From an uncultured Lachnospiraceae bacterium (GTDB taxonomy: Bacteria > Bacillota > Clostridia > Lachnospirales > Lachnospiraceae), in NCBI GenBank assembly GCA_947174015.1, contig CAMWHJ010000005.1:5014-69013 (forward strand): a DNA stretch of 64,000 nt, given 5' to 3'. The notes under the pieces were generated by a model, which ran no database searches, was not told the DNA's origin, and saw only the letters and a program-made list of their open reading frames with translations. Each line of letters starts with the position of its first letter. Positions within the stretch are counted from its first letter, which is position 1. The position numbers were made by a program, and so were the translations under genes. Shown here in pieces: positions 49,513 to 56,486 of the stretch.

Positions 49513-50364
49513 ATGGTTAAAGCAGGAATGGTACTGGAGGGAGGAGCTACCAGAGGTGTGTTTACTGCTGGAGTACTGGATTTCCTAATGGAAAAGGATT
49601 TGTATTTTAAATATGTCATTGGTGTTTCAGCAGGTGCCTGCAATGCAGTGGATTATGTGGCAAAGCAGATTGGCAGAACCAGGCAGTGTATGATTATAGA
49701 AGACAAAGAAAACGCATATGTGGATTTTCGCAGAACCATGAAAACCGGCAGTGTGTTTGATATGGATATGATTTTTGATAAGTTTCCCAATGAGATATTT
49801 CCTTTTGATTATGATACATGCCTTTCTTCGAAAATAAAGTGGGAGGTAGTGGCAACGAACTGTGAAACAGGAAAAGCAGAGTATTTCACAGAGCAGGAGG
49901 ACAAGGCACGGTTGATGCAGGTTTGCCGTGCCTCCAGCAGCCTGCCATTGTTGGCACCTATGGTGATGGTGGATGGTGTACCTTATCTGGACGGGGGTTT
50001 GGCGGATTCGGTTCCCGTCAGCCATGCACTGCGCAAAGGCTACAAGAAATGCGTGGTGGTGTTGACTAGAAGAAAGGGCTATCGAAAGGTTCATTCTAAA
50101 AATTTAGACAAGCTTTATATTGCCGCACTGCGAAAATATCCCAATTTAATTAACTCCATTGTACACAGACCGGAGGTTTATAATAAACAGATGGATTTGA
50201 TCGATCGACTGGAGCAGGAGGGCAGAATCTTTGTAATTCGTCCCCGGATGCAGGAGGTGTCCAGAACCGAGCAGAATGTACAGGTACTGACAGAATTTTA
50301 CCAGCATGGGTATGATACTATGGAAGAGCAGTATGTAAATATGCTGGAATATTTGGTGCGATAA
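49513..50364 (+). CDS. patatin-like phospholipase
   Basis: GGATRG oxyanion motif, GVSAGA (GxSxG) and DGG Asp motif. Confidence 0.85.
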   Translation: MVKAGMVLEGGATRGVFTAGVLDFLMEKDLYFKYVIGVSAGACNAVDYVAKQIGRTRQCMIIEDKENAYVDFRRTMKTGSVFDMDMIFDKFPNEIFPFDYDTCLSSKIKWEVVATNCETGKAEYFTEQEDKARLMQVCRASSSLPLLAPMVMVDGVPYLDGGLADSVPVSHALRKGYKKCVVVLTRRKGYRKVHSKNLDKLYIAALRKYPNLINSIVHRPEVYNKQMDLIDRLEQEGRIFVIRPRMQEVSRTEQNVQVLTEFYQHGYDTMEEQYVNMLEYLVR

Positions 50365-50380
50365 GAGAGAGGTGCAGACT

Positions 50381-51079
50381 ATGAAAGAATATCAAGGTTT
50401 TACTGCCAATGCTTTGAAAATAATTGCTATTGTTACCATGTTGATTGACCATATTGGTGCTGCACTGGTATGGCAGATGGTGGGGCAGCAGGGAGATACC
50501 TTTTACATAATATACCGGGGGATGCGTCTGATTGGCAGAATTGCTTTTCCCATTTACTGTTTCTTTATTGTGGAGGGTTTCAGGCATACCAGAAGTGTGA
50601 AAAAGTACATGGCAAGGCTTGCGGTTTTTGCAATCATCTCAGAGATTCCTTTCGACTATGCATTTATGGGCGGGCTCACTCTGAGTTATCAAAATGTGTT
50701 CTTTACCTTAACTTTGGGTCTGGCATGTATCTGGGGATTTCAGGAATTGGAAGTCAGAATGAAAGCCGGATTGGCACAGACAGTATTAAAAATAGTTGTG
50801 ATGCTGGTAATGGCAGAAGCAGCGGAACTTTTACATACGGATTACGGTGACTTTGGAGTCATAATCATTGCAGTTCTTTATCTGTTTCAGAAGAAAAGGG
50901 GAATACAGTGTATTGTGGGAGCCTTGGGTTTTGCATGGGAAGTGACGGCACCTTTGTCCTTTGTGCTGCTTTATTTTTACAATGGAGAAAAGGGTAAGCA
51001 GGTAAACAAATATTTATTCTATGGTTTTTATCCGGTACATTTGGCGGTGATTGGTGCAGTGAGAATGCTGTGTTTTTAA
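50381..51079 (+). CDS. TraX-family membrane protein
   Basis: LKIIAIVTMLIDHIG N-terminal signature. Polytopic. Confidence 0.8.
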   Translation: MKEYQGFTANALKIIAIVTMLIDHIGAALVWQMVGQQGDTFYIIYRGMRLIGRIAFPIYCFFIVEGFRHTRSVKKYMARLAVFAIISEIPFDYAFMGGLTLSYQNVFFTLTLGLACIWGFQELEVRMKAGLAQTVLKIVVMLVMAEAAELLHTDYGDFGVIIIAVLYLFQKKRGIQCIVGALGFAWEVTAPLSFVLLYFYNGEKGKQVNKYLFYGFYPVHLAVIGAVRMLCF

Positions 51080-51121
51080 GTTTGGTATATCGGAAGATAC
51101 GGTAATAGTGATTACAAATAA

Positions 51122-51172
51122 AGCAGTTGTCACTTTACGGTTTTTGAATCGTGAAGTGACAACTGCTGTTTT
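51122..51172. terminator. Bidirectional terminator between convergent traX and cotJC
   Basis: AGCAGTTGTCACTT and AAGTGACAACTGCT form a 14-bp perfect stem. GTTTT lies on the + side and TTATTT on the - side. A second 10-bp hairpin lies at 51182-51214. Confidence 0.6.
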
Positions 51173-51221
51173 AATTCATGGCAATAGAAAGTTTGCAGAG
51201 CGTGCTTTCTATTGTTTCACA

Positions 51222-51834
51222 TTAATTACAACCACAGTTACAATCGTTACGATTTGGTTTTGGCATCACATTTGCAGTGTTAGTTTCATTGCTATTGCAG
51301 TTGCAGTTAGAAGTTTTCTGGGGGCAGTCAAAAGCAGGGTTAAAGGCATAGAAGTTTTTCGCATCCAGATGCTCCTGTACAATCCGCAGGGCTTCACCGA
51401 AACGCTGGAAGTGTACAATTTCACGCTGACGCAGAAAACGAATGGGATCTGCTACATCATGGTCATGTACCAGACGCAGTATGTTGTCATAGGTGGAGCG
51501 GGCTTTCTGTTCCGCAGCCAAATCTTCCACCAGATCGGTGATGGGATCTCCCTTAGACTGAAATTCGCATGCATTAAAAGGAATACCGCCAGCAGCTTGG
51601 GGCCATAAGCCGGTGGTGTGGTCAACATAATATTTGTCAAAGCCGGAAGCTACAATTTCGTCGGGGGTGAGATTTCTGGTAAGCTGGAATACAATGGTGC
51701 CTACCATTTCGAGATGTGCTAATTCTTCCGTTCCGATATCCGTCAATGTTCCCATAACCTCCCGATAAGGCATTGCATACCGTTGGGACAGATAACGCAT
51801 GGAGGCAGCCAGCTCTCCATCAGGACCACCAAAT
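51222..51834 (-). CDS. cotJC: cotJC 3-prime segment (Mn-catalase-family spore coat protein, residues 29-231 of the reconstituted protein); not translatable on its own from the native start
   Basis: Reads FGGPDGELAASMRYLSQRYAMPYREVMGTLTDIGTEELAHLEMVG... (di-metal ligand motifs of the CotJC/Mn-catalase family). The frame is closed by TGA 36 nt upstream of the junction core. Confidence 0.9.
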
Positions 51835-51849
51835 AACGTTAAGATATAG
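51824..51849. repeat. Element/chromosome junction 1 (att half-sites): core GACCACCAAAT plus inner arm ACGTTAAGATATAG
   Basis: The core is identical to 57561-57571. The arm 51836-51849 is the exact reverse complement of 57541-57554. Confidence 0.85.
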
Positions 51850-51907
51850 CACTGTTTTTCCTTGCAAAATCAAGGTTTTCAGACAAACCAAGACTACAAT
51901 ACGACTT

Positions 51908-53344
51908 TTATGATTTGTAAAATATGATTTCAAGAGATTTGCTCTCACGCTGGTATTTGATTTCTTTTACAATCTGCCGGAGAGAGGAGGCCTTTTCTTC
52001 GGAATCAGCATCAGACCGGAGAAGTTGAGCCACAGTTTTGCAATCCTCCATCAGTTGCCTGCGCAGCAGTGGAGAATCCTCCGGCATTTTTGTTTCAAAT
52101 ATTTTCTGCTCTATTTCATGCCGTTCCTTTTGTATGGCTTCTTTATTTTCTTTATATTCTTCCAAAGTATCAATTTCTGCCAGATAAGCCTCTTTACAGC
52201 GTTTTTCCTTTTTATCCAAATATGCAAGCTGTTTCTTGAAGTTGGCAAGGTCAATCTTCATATTCGCCTTTGGCAGAATGTCAAAATGGATGGTATCATA
52301 GTCCACATTATCCAAAATTTCAAGCAGCATTTTCTCCATATTATTCTGTGAAATATAACAGGAGCCGGGATGCATTCCCTTAGTATATTTGTAACACTGG
52401 AATCCTCCCTGTTTATTTTCCGGGTGATAATAAGTCATGGTAGCACCGCATACACCGCATTTTAAAAGACCACAGATGTAATGCTTTGAATATCCTACCC
52501 CTTTACGTCTTGCAGGGGTATATGAGCTTTCTATGCGTTTCTGAACATCATTAAAATCCCCTTCGGATATAAGAGGTTCATGTTTTCCGTCAGCAATAAT
52601 GATGTCATCCGGGTCATGATTCTGGTGCGAAGAATGGGAGGCACGATTCCAGCGAACTTTGCCAATGTAAAAAGGATTTTGCAAAATATAGCGAACGGTT
52701 CTGAGTTCAAAAGGATATCCACGCTTGGTCTTATGCCCCTGTTCATTTAATTTTCTTGCAATACTGGAAAAATCAATGCCTTCTAAATAAGATGTGTAGA
52801 TATACTTTACAATGGCAGCCTCTTTCTCATTGACCATTGGAATTTTGCCGGGAACAGAATCGTATCCGAGAGGAGCAGCGGACTGGTAGCCTCCCCGCAA
52901 TGCTTTTTCTGTCATGCCCCGCCGTACTTCACTGGCCAGATTAATGGAGTAAAATTCATCAAACCATTCGATAATGCGTTCAATCAGTGAACCAAAAGGC
53001 CCCTCTATAATCGGTTCACTGATCGATATCACATTTACACCGTTTTTTTCAAGTAAGGATTTGTAGACAATGCTTTCTTCCTGGTTTCTGGCAAAACGTG
53101 AGAATTTCCATACAAGGATAGCATCAAATTCTCTGTTTCTGGCAGCAACGATCATTTTCTGAAATTCTGGCCGCTTATCTGCCTTTTTCCCCGAAATTCC
53201 GTTTTCCATATAGATATGATCCGCAAGGACCTCATATCCGTTTTTCTTGGCATATTCAATCAGAAGTCGTTTCTGGGCATCCGGGGAGAGCTCCTCCTGT
53301 TTGGAGGTGCTCACCCGGATATAGAGAGCAGCGGTATTCTGCAT
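51908..53344 (-). CDS. large serine recombinase (SpoIVCA/phage-integrase type)
   Basis: N-terminal resolvase catalytic domain (AALYIRVSTSKQ with the nucleophile Ser; VWKFSRFARN), a recombinase domain, a zinc ribbon (CGLLKCGVCGATMTY...FQCYKY) and a C-terminal coiled coil. 478 aa. Confidence 0.95.
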   Translation of the reverse strand: MQNTAALYIRVSTSKQEELSPDAQKRLLIEYAKKNGYEVLADHIYMENGISGKKADKRPEFQKMIVAARNREFDAILVWKFSRFARNQEESIVYKSLLEKNGVNVISISEPIIEGPFGSLIERIIEWFDEFYSINLASEVRRGMTEKALRGGYQSAAPLGYDSVPGKIPMVNEKEAAIVKYIYTSYLEGIDFSSIARKLNEQGHKTKRGYPFELRTVRYILQNPFYIGKVRWNRASHSSHQNHDPDDIIIADGKHEPLISEGDFNDVQKRIESSYTPARRKGVGYSKHYICGLLKCGVCGATMTYYHPENKQGGFQCYKYTKGMHPGSCYISQNNMEKMLLEILDNVDYDTIHFDILPKANMKIDLANFKKQLAYLDKKEKRCKEAYLAEIDTLEEYKENKEAIQKERHEIEQKIFETKMPEDSPLLRRQLMEDCKTVAQLLRSDADSEEKASSLRQIVKEIKYQRESKSLEIIFYKS

Positions 53345-53365
53345 ATTTATCTCATCCTTTCAAAG

Positions 53366-53379
53366 TTGCACCGGTGCAA
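53366..53379. promoter_or_regulatory. Perfect 14-bp palindrome TTGCACCGGTGCAA between the hicB stop and the recombinase RBS
   Basis: It abuts the hicB TAA stop and lies 21 nt upstream of the recombinase ATG. An identical copy sits at 54315-54328. Confidence 0.4.
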
Positions 53380-53775
53380 TTATCGCACGCCGATTTTCTG
53401 AATTAAAGCTTCTTGAAGTACCTGAGAAAAGTTTACACCATAGGCAGTAGCTTCCTCGTTGAGCCATTCCGGAATAGTAAGGGTTTTCTTAACCGCCTTA
53501 TTGTTATACATTTTTCGATATTTCATCGTATCTGCTTTTATATAGTTTACAAATTCGTTTTCCATAAGATGAATATCTGAGGGATTGCTTGGTTCTGGGA
53601 TTGTCTTGCCGTCTACTTCGTAACCATATAGCACAAGTGCAAGGACATCCTCTGCCATTTCAATTCCCTCTTCTAAAGTGTCAGCACATGTATAACAGCT
53701 TTCCAAATCCCTGAAAGTAATAGAGTAATTTCCCTCCGGCTCCTTTGTAAAAATGGCTGGATATACATACTTCAT
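53380..53775 (-). CDS. hicB: HicB-family antitoxin with a C-terminal ribbon-helix-helix-like DNA-binding tail
   Basis: MKYVYPAIFTKEPEGNYSITFRDLESCYTCADTLEEGIEMAEDVL (HicB/UPF0150 fold) and C-terminal TLTIPEWLNEEATAYGVNFSQVLQEAL. Confidence 0.85.
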   Translation of the reverse strand: MKYVYPAIFTKEPEGNYSITFRDLESCYTCADTLEEGIEMAEDVLALVLYGYEVDGKTIPEPSNPSDIHLMENEFVNYIKADTMKYRKMYNNKAVKKTLTIPEWLNEEATAYGVNFSQVLQEALIQKIGVR

Positions 53776-54005
53776 AAGATAACCTCCTTAAGATATATAA
53801 ATAGTATGAGGTATTGCATGGGTGATATCCCTGCATCCTCTCTAATGCGGTTGCAAGTTCCGGTTGGAACATCCTGAGATGGATGCCTTGGCACAGGAAA
53901 ACTCTTTCCAGTGTGGGGGCTGAATCAGATATCATGCCTCTTGCCATGCCTTTGCAGGTAACAGCCGTTTTTCTTTAGTAATTTGATAAGTTCAGATACT
54001 TTCAA
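53772..54005 (-). pseudogene. hicA: hicA toxin gene inactivated by an in-frame TGA at codon 27
   Basis: TTG start after AAGGAGGG. Reads LKVSELIKLLKKNGCYLQRHGKRHDI, then TGA (53927-53925), then FSPHTGKSFPVPRHPSQDVPTGTCNRIREDAGIS. HicA homologues have Trp (TGG) at the TGA position. The terminal TGA overlaps the hicB ATG. Confidence 0.75.
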
Positions 54006-54030
54006 TCCACGCCCTCCTTTCACTATAATT

Positions 54031-54059
54031 AATATAGCACGTATATACACGTGTGTCAA
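54031..54059 (-). promoter_or_regulatory. sigma-A promoter of the hicA(pseudo)-hicB(-recombinase) transcription unit
   Basis: TTGACA, 17-nt spacer, TATATT. The spacer CACGTGTATATACGTGC is itself near-palindromic and is a likely HicB operator. Confidence 0.6.
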
Positions 54060-54107
54060 TGACATGTATAGGTAGAGTGTAAGGTGACAATTTCTAATAT
54101 CCAATGC

Positions 54108-54305
54108 CATAAAAAGACAAAATATGAGTTTACAAAATAAAAATAATATGATATACTTGAGAAGTAGTCAGATGTATCTTAAATTCTCCCCTAAAGATAT
54201 TAGATGCATCAAAGATTACTCCCTCTTCATATTAGTAATTTTTGCAAACCGCAGCATAGATGATATGCTGCGGTTTTCTCTTTCGTAAAAGTAAAGTCTT
54301 GACAA
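54108..54305. repeat. Copy 1 of a roughly 200-bp direct repeat (about 95 percent identical to 55067-55266)
   Basis: Base-by-base comparison shows only a handful of substitutions and one 2-nt indel. Confidence 0.95.
54164..54283 (+). ncRNA. Candidate small RNA, copy 1 (about 120 nt), divergent from the hicA promoter
   Basis: TTTACA (54129), 17-nt spacer, TGATATACT extended -10 (ends 54157). Terminator is a 12-bp perfect stem AACCGCAGCATA/TATGCTGCGGTT (54247-54275) plus TTCTCTTT. C-rich motifs CTCCCCT and CTCCCTC. Confidence 0.4.
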
Positions 54306-54314
54306 GCATCAAAG

Positions 54315-54328
54315 TTGCACCGGTGCAA
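54315..54328. promoter_or_regulatory. Second copy of the palindrome TTGCACCGGTGCAA, abutting the stop of the second hicB
   Basis: Identical 14-mer with the same flanks (CAAAG...TATCG). Immediately follows the hicB TAG. Confidence 0.4.
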
Positions 54329-54736
54329 CTATCGTACACTGGTTTTTTTGGACATATCCAGAAGGGCATCCTGCAATATTTTTGAGAAATTTACATTGTT
54401 TTTTTCTCCAAAAGTATTAAGCCATGCAGGTAAAGTGATGTTTTTGCGTACTGTCTTTTCCCCATATTTTTCTGAATAAGTGTCCATGTCAAGGACCAGC
54501 AGATTAACAAAACTTCCAGTGGGAACTTCCAGTTCAGTGAACTCAGAAGCAGCAGGAATGGAGTTTCCTTCTTCCAATTCCAAAAGAATCCAACCGGATG
54601 CTGCATCCGTTCCCATCTCAATGGCATCAATTAGGTTATCGCCTTCACTAACGCAGCCGGGCAAGTCAGGAAAGGTGACTGTATAACCGTCTTTTTCGAT
54701 ACATGGCATAAAAATTGCCGGGTAAATGAGTTTCAT
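54329..54736 (-). CDS. hicB: HicB-family antitoxin (second, diverged copy)
   Basis: MKLIYPAIFMPCIEKDGYTVTFPDLPGCVSEGDNLIDAIEMGTDA... and C-terminal ITLPAWLNTFGEKNNVNFSKILQDAL. AGGAG lies 9 nt upstream of ATG 54736. Confidence 0.85.
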   Translation of the reverse strand: MKLIYPAIFMPCIEKDGYTVTFPDLPGCVSEGDNLIDAIEMGTDAASGWILLELEEGNSIPAASEFTELEVPTGSFVNLLVLDMDTYSEKYGEKTVRKNITLPAWLNTFGEKNNVNFSKILQDALLDMSKKTSVR

Positions 54737-54765
54737 ATTCATACACTCCTTTTTCGGAAGCAAGA

Positions 54766-54948
54766 CTATTTTAGTCCTGCTTGTTTTAATATTGAATTAG
54801 CGGTACCTTTATCGACATCTCCGGCATGAAAAGGTATTGTCACCTTTCCGGGTTTGGAATCATGCTTGTAATGTCTATGGGAGCCGACTTGTCGTATCAG
54901 GTGCCAGCCATCCTCTAATAATATCTTTTCAAGTTCCCTAGCTCTCAT
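54766..54948 (-). CDS. hicA: HicA-family mRNA interferase toxin (intact)
   Basis: 60 aa, MRARELEKILLEDGWHLIRQVGSHRHYKHDSKPGKVTIPFHAGDVDKGTANSILKQAGLK. AAGGAGG RBS. Confidence 0.9.
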   Translation of the reverse strand: MRARELEKILLEDGWHLIRQVGSHRHYKHDSKPGKVTIPFHAGDVDKGTANSILKQAGLK

Positions 54949-54974
54949 CTTTAATGTGCCTCCTTATAGTTATA

Positions 54975-55002
54975 ATTATACACATTATACACACAAAGTC
55001 AA
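54975..55002 (-). promoter_or_regulatory. sigma-A promoter of hicA-hicB module 2, with palindromic operator candidates
   Basis: TTGACT, 16-nt spacer, TATAAT. A 17-bp palindrome ATGTGTATTATACACAT lies just upstream. Confidence 0.5.
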
Positions 55003-55066
55003 TAGAAGATGTGTATAATACACATAAATAGTATGAGGTATTGCAGGGTTTATATCCCTGCGATGT

Positions 55067-55266
55067 CATAAAAAGACAAAATATGAGTTTACAAAATGAA
55101 AATAATGTGATATAGTAGAAAAGTAGTCAGATGTATCTTAAATTCTCCCCTAAAGATAGTAGGTGCATCAAAGATTACTCCCTATCTTCATATTAGTAAT
55201 TTTTGCAAACCGCAGCATAGATGATATGTTGCGGTTTTCTCTTTCGTAAAAGTAAAGTCTTGACAA
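55067..55266. repeat. Copy 2 of the roughly 200-bp direct repeat
   Basis: See 54108-54305. Confidence 0.95.
55123..55244 (+). ncRNA. Candidate small RNA, copy 2
   Basis: TTTACA (55088), 17-nt spacer, TGATATAGT. The terminator stem 55208-55236 carries one C-to-T change that converts a G-C pair to G-U, so the stem is preserved. Confidence 0.4.
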
Positions 55267-55369
55267 AATTCTGGTCAAGAATAACTTTTTTTAAGTGAAA
55301 AAATGTCAAGAATAACAGATAAAAGAAAAGCCCATGTAAAATGCAGGGGCTTTAGAAAATGGCTGGAAA

Positions 55370-56188
55370 TTAGCTTACTCTTAGACTAAGTGTTTCATAA
55401 TACTCTCGTGCTCCGGGGATTTTGGTAAATACAGCAGTATTATTAAACTGTTTCTTCACTACATCCTCAATCTCATCAATGCTAACATGAAAGAACTCCT
55501 TTCGAAGATTAACCAGATTGACACGCTGATTTTGGAAATGTTTATGCAATGCATGTTCTAGTGCCGGAGCATCATCTGAGAATATCATGGCATGAACATC
55601 AAACTCAAATGGAACAGAAGCACTGCTGAGTTCTTTTACACGATCCATAGGTTCCAAGCGGCGTGTCATACCAATTTTATAAATGTCCTCTCCAAAAGAA
55701 CCAATATTCGAGATAATATAGACATAACCTGCTTTTGCATTCGCTTCTCGTTCGAGAACGGTATTTTTTTCAGATTCCAGTTGTCTCAAGCGTTCCTCTA
55801 GTTCTCTGATTTTATCAATATATAATTGTTTTTCAGCAGAATCATTAGAGTTTTGCATATATTGCATCAGACGTTTCATTTCATTGTTGTGCTGAGCTTG
55901 GTCTTTTTCAATTTTGGCTTTTTGACGTTCGATTTCTTTTCTGACTTTTTCTTCTTCTGCCATTTGCTCACGGATAGAGCGTTGTATCTCTGCCTCCTGT
56001 TCTTTTTTCAACTCAAAGGTATAAACAAGATTCCACTTATCTAATTTCAGTTTTAAAATTTCAAGGTTTAGTTGGACACCGTCTACCACAAATATCTTAC
56101 TTAAGAGTTTCAAAAGATTTTGAAATCTTTTCACGAAAGGAGAGATATAACATGGTAAGTACTGCAGTAGAAAACAAAAATTACACAC
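55370..56188 (-). pseudogene. N-terminally truncated DUF4041 / T5orf172 (GIY-YIG-like) domain protein
   Basis: C-terminal GYVYIISNIGSFGEDIYKIGMTRRLEPMDRVKELSSASVPFEFDVHAMIFSDDAPALEHALHKHF...KEFF is a T5orf172 domain, preceded by the coiled-coil part of DUF4041. Homology is lost upstream of about 56130, and the first 20 or so codons of the ORF look like junk. Confidence 0.65.
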
Positions 56189-56319
56189 CAGAAGAATTAG
56201 CAGGTCTTTGCAGATTCTTAGAAGTTTATAGAAAGCCTTGGAAAATAGAAAGGAGAGTGAAAAACTGGATTGGCGATATCACACTAAGGGTCAAGGTAGA
56301 TAAAGAAAGCATGAATTAG
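56152..56319 (+). CDS. 55-aa hypothetical ORF at the truncation point of the DUF4041 gene
   Basis: AAAGGAGAG RBS 7 nt upstream of the ATG. No recognisable domain. May be a gene fragment. Confidence 0.25.
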   Translation: MVSTAVENKNYTPEELAGLCRFLEVYRKPWKIERRVKNWIGDITLRVKVDKESMN

Positions 56320-56486
56320 AGAAACAGCATGAAATGCTAGGGAGAACAATTACAGAACTAAAGAAAATGGTAGAAGTAGAAAAAAGAACCCACCAGAGGG
56401 CAGGTTTCTAAAAACGGACAGGTGTGAATAACCGCATAGCGTACAAACCATAGAACATAAATTAAAAAAAGAAAGGAGGGGTAGTT

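Noticed and set aside
51108-51608. 166-aa + strand ORF downstream of traX
   Set aside because: It overlaps the cotJC 3-prime segment on the opposite strand and begins inside the bidirectional terminator. It has no RBS and no homology.
53345-53400. Search for a sigma-E or sigma-K promoter directly upstream of the recombinase, and upstream of the 59-aa ORF at 56400-56486
   Set aside because: There is no AC-N16/17-CATANNNTA or ATA-N-CATACA-T match with correct spacing near the recombinase. Near 56440-56470, CATAGCGTA and CATAAATTA exist, but the -35 elements are mis-spaced by at least 1 nt. This is too weak to report as a feature.
53681-53947. 88-aa minus-strand ORF from the track (MARGMISDSAPTLERVF...)
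   Set aside because: It is out of frame with both hicA and hicB and bridges them. The in-frame reading gives clear HicA homology on both sides of a single TGA, so this ORF is an artefact.
53925-54110. I first read the hicA disruption as a frameshift. The track ORF also starts far upstream at an ATG.
   Set aside because: Recounting shows that 54005-53772 is 234 nt, exactly 78 codons. The lesion is therefore an in-frame TGA at a conserved Trp position, not a frameshift. The upstream 35 codons of the track ORF cover the promoter and are not coding.
54170-54286. 38-codon ORF with a hydrophobic stretch (YSLFILVIFA) inside small-RNA candidate copy 1, considered as a type I toxin
   Set aside because: It has no Shine-Dalgarno sequence. 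In copy 2 a 2-nt indel shifts the frame to a stop after 21 codons, while the promoter and terminator stay conserved. A non-coding function is more likely.
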